From assembly GCA_021773275.1 (NCBI GenBank), contig JAJFKJ010000018.1, positions 46,390 to 110,389 on the forward strand: a stretch of DNA of 64,000 nucleotides, given 5' to 3'. Numbering within the stretch: the stretch's first letter is position 1; the number at the start of each line of letters is the position of its first letter. The stretch is from Gammaproteobacteria bacterium. Its GTDB lineage: Bacteria; Pseudomonadota; Gammaproteobacteria; JABCZS01. The position numbers were made by a program, and so were the translations under genes. Positions 57,843 through 64,000 of the stretch are shown here, in pieces. The notes beneath the pieces were generated by a model, which saw nothing but the letters and a program-made list of their open reading frames with translations, did no database searches and was not told where the DNA came from.

Positions 57843-59567
57843 ATGCGCATTCCTTCTACATTCATAGATGACTTATTAGCACGCATTGATATTATTGATG
57901 TGGTGCAAAACCATGTACCCTTGAAAAAGTCAGGTAAAGACTATTCGGGCTGTTGCCCATTCCATAAAGAGAAGACACCATCATTCACCGTGAGTCAGGC
58001 AAAACAATTTTATTATTGTTTTGGTTGCGGAGCGAGCGGCAATGCGGTTGGTTTTTTAATGGCACACGACCATTTGTCGTTTGTAGAAACAGTTGAGACC
58101 TTAGCGCAGCAAGCAGGCATTGAAATTCCTTACGAACAGTCGCCACAGCACCAACAAAAAAAACAAGTACAGAAAAGCTTGTATGATCTTCTGGGAAATG
58201 TTTCGAAATTCTATCAACATCGCTTAAAAATCGATAAAAGCGCCGTAGATTATTTAAAGGCGCGCGGCTTAACGGGTGAAATTTGTAAAATGTATGGTGT
58301 CGGTTATGCGCCGGATGCCTGGGATGCACTGCTTACACAGTTTCCGCAAGACACAAAAGGTTTGCGACAAACAGGGATGCTTGTACAAAAAGAAAACAGC
58401 GAAAGACATTACGACCGTTTTCGTGGCCGTATTATGTTTCCCATACGTGATAAACGCGGTCGTGTTATTGCGTTCGGTGGGCGTGTTATTAAAGATGAAC
58501 AACCGAAATATTTAAATTCACCCGAAACAACTTTGTTTCATAAAGGGGGTGAAGTTTACGGTCTATACGAGGTGTTGCGTCAAAATACAAAACCAACACA
58601 ACTTGTAGTGGTTGAGGGCTATATGGATGTCATTGCTTTAGCACAACATGGTGTAACAAATGCCGTTGCGTCTTTAGGTACAGCCTTAGCTGCGCAGAAC
58701 CTAAGTAAACTGTTTAATATTGTGCCAGAAGTAGTGTTATGTTTTGATGGTGACAATGCTGGAAGATCGGCGGCGTTACGCGCAGTTGACAACAGTTTAC
58801 CAATTTTAACTGATGGCAAGCAATTAAAGCTTTTATTTTTACCAGATGGTGAAGACCCTGACAGTTTAATTCGTAAAGAAGGTAAAGAAAATTTTTCAAA
58901 AAGAATTTCGCAATCATTAAATTTATCGTCTATGATCATGGAACACTTACTGGACCAAGTTGATGTAAGTAGTGTGGATGGCAGAGCACGTTTGGTAGAA
59001 TTAGCTAAGCAATATTTGAACAAAATTAGTTCAAAAATTTACCAAACATTGATGCTAGAAGAATTGGCACGATATACACGGTTAGATGTGCAGCGACTAC
59101 ACAACATGTTGTTGCAATCTGAAAATGTTGTCAAGCCGGTGCGCAGCAGTCAGCAGAAAAGTTTGTGCGAGCATGCCATCATGTTGTTGTTAAAGAAACC
59201 TGTTTTGGTTAGTTTGTTTGAGGTCGGAAAAGATTTTTTAGCCTTGAAAGATGTTAAAGCGGGTTTGTTGGTATCTTTGGTACAGCAGTTAAAAAACAAA
59301 GAGCCACTCAATGTAGGACAGATATTAGGCATTTGGCAAGATGAGAGCGAAGCTAAAATGTTAGCAGCCCTTGCCGCCCAGCCCTGCATACTATCAGAAG
59401 AAGAAATAGAAGAAGAACTTAAAGATACAGTATGTCAATTAGTGAAGCAGTTAAGAGAAGTAGACATCGGAGGTCTACTCGCAAAAGCAAGGAAGCAAGG
59501 CCTTACTGGCCTGTCAGAAGCTGAACGCGAGCAAATCCGTGACTATCTAGCTCAATCTGATAATTAA
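57843..59567 (+). CDS. dnaG: DNA primase
   Basis: Zinc ribbon CCPFHKEKTPSFTV..YYCFGCG, TOPRIM VVEGYMDVI and CFDGDNAG. Confidence 0.95.
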   Translation: MRIPSTFIDDLLARIDIIDVVQNHVPLKKSGKDYSGCCPFHKEKTPSFTVSQAKQFYYCFGCGASGNAVGFLMAHDHLSFVETVETLAQQAGIEIPYEQSPQHQQKKQVQKSLYDLLGNVSKFYQHRLKIDKSAVDYLKARGLTGEICKMYGVGYAPDAWDALLTQFPQDTKGLRQTGMLVQKENSERHYDRFRGRIMFPIRDKRGRVIAFGGRVIKDEQPKYLNSPETTLFHKGGEVYGLYEVLRQNTKPTQLVVVEGYMDVIALAQHGVTNAVASLGTALAAQNLSKLFNIVPEVVLCFDGDNAGRSAALRAVDNSLPILTDGKQLKLLFLPDGEDPDSLIRKEGKENFSKRISQSLNLSSMIMEHLLDQVDVSSVDGRARLVELAKQYLNKISSKIYQTLMLEELARYTRLDVQRLHNMLLQSENVVKPVRSSQQKSLCEHAIMLLLKKPVLVSLFEVGKDFLALKDVKAGLLVSLVQQLKNKEPLNVGQILGIWQDESEAKMLAALAAQPCILSEEEIEEELKDTVCQLVKQLREVDIGGLLAKARKQGLTGLSEAEREQIRDYLAQSDN

Positions 59568-59709
59568 TTGAAAAAAAATTGAACTTTTTGCGTGAGCGCT
59601 GTCTTACTATTGATTGGTATTATTGTAAGAAAATGCTCACAATGAGAATAGTCTTTTTCATACAAAGGGTTACGAGGATTACTTAGTTTCTAATAATGTA
59701 GGATTGCTT

Positions 59710-61521
59710 ATGACAGACATAAATCAAGAAAAAGGATCGCAACTTAAGTTGTTGATTGCCAAAGGGAAGAACCAGGGGTATTTAACTTTTGCTCAAGTTA
59801 ACGACCACCTGCCAAAAGAGATCGTTGACCCAGAACAGGTTGAGGATATTATTGTTGTACTCAATGATATGGGGATAAAGGTCTTCGAAGAGACGCCTAA
59901 TGCTGAAGAGGCCTTATTGCTTGCTGAAGAGGCAGAGGGTCCTAATGAAGAGGAAGTTGAGGAAGCTGCAGCAGCGCTGGTATCGCTGGAGCAAGAGCTA
60001 GGACGTACAACAGACCCAGTCCGCATGTATATGCGAGAAATGGGGACGGTTGACCTACTTACGCGTGAGGGCGAGATTGAGATTGCCATCCGTATTGAGG
60101 AAGGTATTCGTGATGTGATGCGTGCCATTTCTAGCTACCCACCACTCGTTGCTTATTTATTGGAACAATTTGAGGAGATGATTCAGGGCAACCTGCGCGT
60201 TGTAGACTTCTTAATTGGCTTTATTAATGACAGTGAAGATGCGAAAGACGATAGCGTTGGATCAGGCACTACAAGCGATGCTGAAGAAGAATCGACAGGT
60301 CCCGATTTTGAATACACAAAACAGCAGTTTGAATTATTGAACCAGCTTTACCCGGCTTATAAAAAAGCGTGGGAAAAGCACGGTCCAGAACATAAAACTA
60401 CCATAGCTAAATACAATGAAATTTCAGGTGTTTTGGAATCTTTAAAATTAGTTCCAAAGCAGCTTGAGCAATTAGTTGGTATGGTGCGCGATATTGTTGA
60501 TGTTATTCGTCAGCAAGAACGTGCGATTATGAAAGCCTGTGTTAAAGATGCAAAAATATCAAGAGAGGCTTTTATTGCTTCGTTTCCTGGCAACGAGTCA
60601 AACCTGAAATGGTTGTCTAAGTTTGCTAAGGAAAAAGCAGTTAAAGAAAAAGCCGATGCTTTGCTTGAAAACAAAGACGTTATTATTGCGGCACAAGAGA
60701 AATTATTAAACTTGGAAGAAACTTACAAGTTATCTATTGCTAGCATAAAAGAGTTGAACCGTCTTATCTCTGTAGGTGAAGCGAAGGCTCGCCGCGCTAA
60801 GAAAGAGATGGTAGAAGCTAATCTACGACTTGTAATTTCGATTGCTAAGAAATACACGAATCGTGGTTTGCAGTTCTTGGATTTAATTCAAGAAGGTAAT
60901 ATTGGTTTGATGAAAGCGGTTGATAAGTTTGAGTACCGTCGTGGGTATAAGTTCTCGACTTATGCGACATGGTGGATTCGCCAAGCGATCACACGTTCAA
61001 TTGCAGACCAAGCACGCACTATTCGTATTCCTGTGCATATGATTGAAACGATTAATAAGCTTAATCGCATTTCGCGTCAAATGTTGCAAGAAATGGGACG
61101 CGAAGCATCGCCAGAAGAGTTAGCTGAGCGCATGGAACTTTCAGAAGATAAGATCCGCCGCATCATGAAGATTGCGAAAGAGCCTATTTCCATGGAAACG
61201 CCGATTGGTGATGATGAAGATTCGCACTTGGGTGATTTCATCGAAGATGTAAACATCTTGTCGCCGGTAGATTCTGCAACACGTGAGAATTTGCAAGAAG
61301 CAACACACGGTGTTCTTGAAAGCTTAACTTCAAGAGAAGCAAAAGTGTTACGTATGCGCTTTGGCATTGCTATGAATACTGACCACACGCTTGAAGAAGT
61401 GGGTAAGCAGTTTGATGTGACCCGCGAGCGTATTCGTCAGATTGAAGCGAAAGCATTGCGCAAGCTACGCCATCCTTCACGTTCGGAACAGTTGAAGTCG
61501 TTCCTGGAAGATGAAAGCTAA
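59710..61521 (+). CDS. rpoD: RNA polymerase sigma-70 factor RpoD
   Basis: Regions 1.1 to 4.2 are present, including [31 protein letters not shown] and [28 protein letters not shown]. Start at ATG 59710. Confidence 0.97.
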   Translation: MTDINQEKGSQLKLLIAKGKNQGYLTFAQVNDHLPKEIVDPEQVEDIIVVLNDMGIKVFEETPNAEEALLLAEEAEGPNEEEVEEAAAALVSLEQELGRTTDPVRMYMREMGTVDLLTREGEIEIAIRIEEGIRDVMRAISSYPPLVAYLLEQFEEMIQGNLRVVDFLIGFINDSEDAKDDSVGSGTTSDAEEESTGPDFEYTKQQFELLNQLYPAYKKAWEKHGPEHKTTIAKYNEISGVLESLKLVPKQLEQLVGMVRDIVDVIRQQERAIMKACVKDAKISREAFIASFPGNESNLKWLSKFAKEKAVKEKADALLENKDVIIAAQEKLLNLEETYKLSIASIKELNRLISVGEAKARRAKKEMVEANLRLVISIAKKYTNRGLQFLDLIQEGNIGLMKAVDKFEYRRGYKFSTYATWWIRQAITRSIADQARTIRIPVHMIETINKLNRISRQMLQEMGREASPEELAERMELSEDKIRRIMKIAKEPISMETPIGDDEDSHLGDFIEDVNILSPVDSATRENLQEATHGVLESLTSREAKVLRMRFGIAMNTDHTLEEVGKQFDVTRERIRQIEAKALRKLRHPSRSEQLKSFLEDES

Positions 61522-61540
61522 GAGAAGCCCCGCAGTAATC

Positions 61541-61568
61541 AAAAAAGGCCGCAATCGCGGCCTTTTTT
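61541..61568. terminator. bidirectional intrinsic terminator (AAAAAA-GGCCGC-aatc-GCGGCC-TTTTTT)
   Basis: GC stem flanked by A6 and T6, between the convergent rpoD and AAA ATPase genes. Confidence 0.78.
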
Positions 61569-62685
61569 AGTCGATATCTGAAAAATAATCATTAAACGGT
61601 ATAACATTAATGCCATCTGATTGATAAGGTGCTCGACAATGATAAACAATTTGCGTTGCCGGAAAATTATATTTTTTATGAAAAAATGCTAAAGAAGGGT
61701 GGATGTTTGTGTCTCCTTGTTTAATCTCAATAATTTTTTCAATATTGCCATCGTTAATAATGGCGAAATCCACCTCTTTTCCGTCCTTTGTTCTCAAGTA
61801 ATGTAATTTATATTCAGCGCCTTCACAATCGTTTTTAGTATAAAGGGATTTTAATAGTGAAATGGCTGCAAAGTTTTCCAATCTTGCACCGTCGTTATTT
61901 TCAACCATGGCTGTGTCAAAAAAGTAAATTTTTGGTTCTTTAAGCAGGCTTCTCGCTATATTTTTATGGAATGGAGTTACCCTGACAATTATAAACAATG
62001 CCTCCAATAGCTGAATATATTTTTTGACGGTGTTTGGTGAGACATTAACATCTTCAGCAATAGATTGAAAAGATACGGGTGAGCCTACTCTGCAGCGCAG
62101 CAGTGAAAGCGTCAGCTCTAACGCTTTTAAGTTATGAATTATTTCAATATCAAAAACATCCGTACGAATAAGGCTGTTGATGTATTGTTGCCGCCAGCGT
62201 TTTGCATCGACTGGGTCTTCTGCTAAAAATGGCTCTGGGAAGCCGCCTCTTTCCAAAAACCGGGATAAGTCGTGCTCAAAGGGAGAGCCCCTAACTTCGG
62301 ACAGGCTAAAAGGTAACAAGCGGTGCATAAAAAAACGACCAGCCAGCGAGTCTCCCATTCGGTGGAAGACCTCTAGCTTGGCGCTGCCAGTCACCAGTAT
62401 TTGCAAGCCTTCGGGCTTTGTATCGAATAAGCCCTTTAGATAGTTTTTCCATTTTGGCATTTTATGAAGTTCATCTAGAATGAGCAGTTCGGTAGTGGGC
62501 AGCCAATTTTGCTTTTTAATGATGCTGCGGTCTTGGGCATTGTCATAGTTTAGGTATAGGCTGTACTTAAAATCATTGGCAATATCTTTCGCCAACCAAG
62601 TTTTGCCAGACTGCCGAGGGCCAGCCAAAAAAACCATTTTTTTGGTTAAATCTTTGATTATTCGTTGACGTACAGTGCGCTTCAT
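61567..62685 (-). CDS. AAA ATPase with DUF4143-type C-terminal domain (paralog of 28860-30050)
   Basis: Walker A GPRQSGKTWLAK and LILDELHK Walker B. The domain order matches the first copy. Confidence 0.82.
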   Translation of the reverse strand: MKRTVRQRIIKDLTKKMVFLAGPRQSGKTWLAKDIANDFKYSLYLNYDNAQDRSIIKKQNWLPTTELLILDELHKMPKWKNYLKGLFDTKPEGLQILVTGSAKLEVFHRMGDSLAGRFFMHRLLPFSLSEVRGSPFEHDLSRFLERGGFPEPFLAEDPVDAKRWRQQYINSLIRTDVFDIEIIHNLKALELTLSLLRCRVGSPVSFQSIAEDVNVSPNTVKKYIQLLEALFIIVRVTPFHKNIARSLLKEPKIYFFDTAMVENNDGARLENFAAISLLKSLYTKNDCEGAEYKLHYLRTKDGKEVDFAIINDGNIEKIIEIKQGDTNIHPSLAFFHKKYNFPATQIVYHCRAPYQSDGINVIPFNDYFSDID

Positions 62686-62921
62686 ATGACTATTATGAAC
62701 GTTATTGCGAAATAGTCAAGACTATTCTGCATTCAATTGAATAATCGTCAGAAATTAGCTTTTTTACTGTAAGTTATTGTTTTTAAATATAAGTTTATTA
62801 CTTGCTGCCATAGAGCACGCTTCTCAAGCAGAGCAGCCGGCGATGCGCAGCAATGTGATTACTATATATGCCATTTTGTCGAACCAACGGTCCGAGTCTA
62901 CTCGGCTTCGCCGTGCCAAAT

Positions 62922-62947
62922 AAAAAAGCCCCCTAAAGGGAGCTTTT
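62922..62947 (-). terminator. intrinsic terminator downstream of the CAT-anticodon tRNA
   Basis: On the minus strand: AAAAGCTCCC-ttta-GGGGGCTTTTTT. Confidence 0.6.
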
Positions 62948-62956
62948 GTATTTGTA

Positions 62957-63033
62957 TGGTGGGCCCACTAGGACTCGAACCTAGGACCAAAGGATTATGA
63001 GTCCTGTGCTCTAACCAACTGAGCTATGGGCCC
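62957..63033 (-). tRNA. tRNA with CAT anticodon, probably tRNA-Ile2 (lysidine type) rather than elongator Met
   Basis: Reverse complement: GGGCCCA-TA-GCTC..GAGC-A-CAGGA-CTCATAA-TCCTT..CTAGG-TTCGAGT-CCTAG-TGGGCCC-A-CCA. The C4 and C5 acceptor pairs resemble ileX. Confidence 0.9.
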
Positions 63034-63042
63034 GAAACTTCT

Positions 63043-63070
63043 GCGGGTCGTATGCAATCGCGACCCCTAC
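63043..63070 (-). repeat. REP-like palindromic element, copy 4 (inverted orientation)
   Basis: The reverse complement, GTAGGGGTCGCGATTGCATACGACCCGC, matches the consensus of copies 1-3. Confidence 0.7.
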
Positions 63071-63282
63071 GCTAATTATACGGGCTATTGCCCTGTAAGG
63101 TTTAGATTCTCTCAAATTAAAGGGGATTAGTCCATAGCTACCCCCTTGCAAAGCCTCCCTGGGCTATGTTAGAATATCAACTTATTTGGGGTGAGAGCTA
63201 TAGCTTGCTATTTTTACGATGGCTAGTTATCATACGTAACTAATTGAATATTATAACATAACGATATGGCAGAGGGCTTGCA

Positions 63283-64000
63283 GTGTTGTGGTCTATCACA
63301 AAGAAATTTAAATTACCGTTAATTTTGTTGGGTGTATTGCTTTTCCCTTACTTTTTGGGCGGCTATGTCCCCGTTGAAATAAAGTCAGGGCTTTATGCGC
63401 TCAGCCTGACCATGAAATCCCTACTTGAATTTGCACTGCCTTTTATTATTTTCAGCTTTTTGTTTTTATGCCTGATTTCCTTGGGCAATGGTGTTATCAG
63501 TTTTATCTTGATGTTAATCGGTTTGGTGTTCGCCTCAAATTTTACAGCGATTATGGTTGGCTATGGTGTAGGTGTTAATACGATAGGCGCCCTGGCTAGC
63601 GATACCGGAAATGTTGCCGGGCATCTATTATTGCAACCCGCTTGGGACTTTACCGTGCGTAAATTGGTTAGTAATCAGCAAGTACTCGTCTTTGGTTTTG
63701 CAATAGGTATGTTTTTTGCGCTACGCCCGAGTGAACCTGTTCTTAAGTTTGCGCGAAAAATTAATGGCTACGCGCATATTTTTTTAAAGAGAGTTTTTGT
63801 GCCTCTGTTGCCACTATTTATTCTAGGTTTCGTATTTAAACTAGAGCAAGATGATATTTTAGAGACTGGCCTTGCAGTTTATGCACCCATACTATTTTTA
63901 GTTGTTGGCCTGCAGATTTTTTATATAACAATGATTTACCTGATTGCAGCTAAATTTTCGCTTAAGAAGTTTTTCTTTTACATTAGAAATATCCTGCCTG
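63283..64000 (+). CDS. polytopic membrane transporter, 5-prime partial (possibly a dicarboxylate/amino acid:cation symporter family member)
   Basis: The frame stays open from GTG 63283 to the window end (about 239 codons) and is strongly hydrophobic. The family call is weak. Confidence 0.45.
   Translation, partial: MLWSITKKFKLPLILLGVLLFPYFLGGYVPVEIKSGLYALSLTMKSLLEFALPFIIFSFLFLCLISLGNGVISFILMLIGLVFASNFTAIMVGYGVGVNTIGALASDTGNVAGHLLLQPAWDFTVRKLVSNQQVLVFGFAIGMFFALRPSEPVLKFARKINGYAHIFLKRVFVPLLPLFILGFVFKLEQDDILETGLAVYAPILFLVVGLQIFYITMIYLIAAKFSLKKFFFYIRNILP

Noticed and set aside
63120-63160. TTGCAA-18 nt-TAGAAT promoter-like hexamers upstream of the partial transporter gene
   Set aside because: The match is plausible, but it rests only on hexamer resemblance with a non-optimal spacer. 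I did not list it as a feature.

Overview
This window is a core-genome segment of a gammaproteobacterium, about 40-50% GC by hand-sampled lines. No species can be assigned from the sequence alone. Most of it is housekeeping:
- the F1Fo ATP synthase operon atpIBEFHAGDC (0.8-7.7 kb), a YhhQ-like transporter, a two-gene RND efflux module, and glmU-glmS
- uvrD, zapE, polA, engB, cytochrome c4, dsbA, tRNA-Arg(CCG), cytochrome c5, rep, an ABC-F ATPase, an Smr protein and comM
- ubiK, rsmJ, rsmD, a pair of M16 peptidases, ftsYEX, rpoH and folB
- plsY-tsaD-rpsU-yqeY-dnaG-rpoD, a CAT-anticodon tRNA, and the start of a membrane transporter.

The exceptional region is a roughly 6.9 kb, visibly AT-richer block (48.5-55.4 kb) between folB and plsY, two genes that are direct neighbours in other gammaproteobacteria. 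It holds a tightly packed seven-gene operon:
- an unannotated 49-aa precursor peptide whose C-terminal part (NLGETRQGCIS) closely resembles the trifolitoxin core (DIGGSRQGCVA, recalled from the literature)
- three SagB/McbC-type nitroreductase paralogs
- a short YcaO-like protein
- an HExxH protein
- a MATE exporter.

A HigBA-type toxin-antitoxin pair follows, then a relic of a second MATE gene 3-prime end that still overlaps the plsY start codon. I read this as a trifolitoxin-family RiPP pathway of a new subtype.

Secondary observations:
- a 6S-RNA-like rod structure next to ubiK
- a structured polA-engB spacer at the Spot 42/ErsA syntenic position
- a four-copy REP-like palindrome family
- a stand-alone HslV/proteasome-like protein
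- an S21 with a glycine-rich tail
- two DUF4143 AAA ATPase paralogs near tRNA genes
- several orphan ORFs.

I saw no CRISPR array, rRNA, transposase or integrase.
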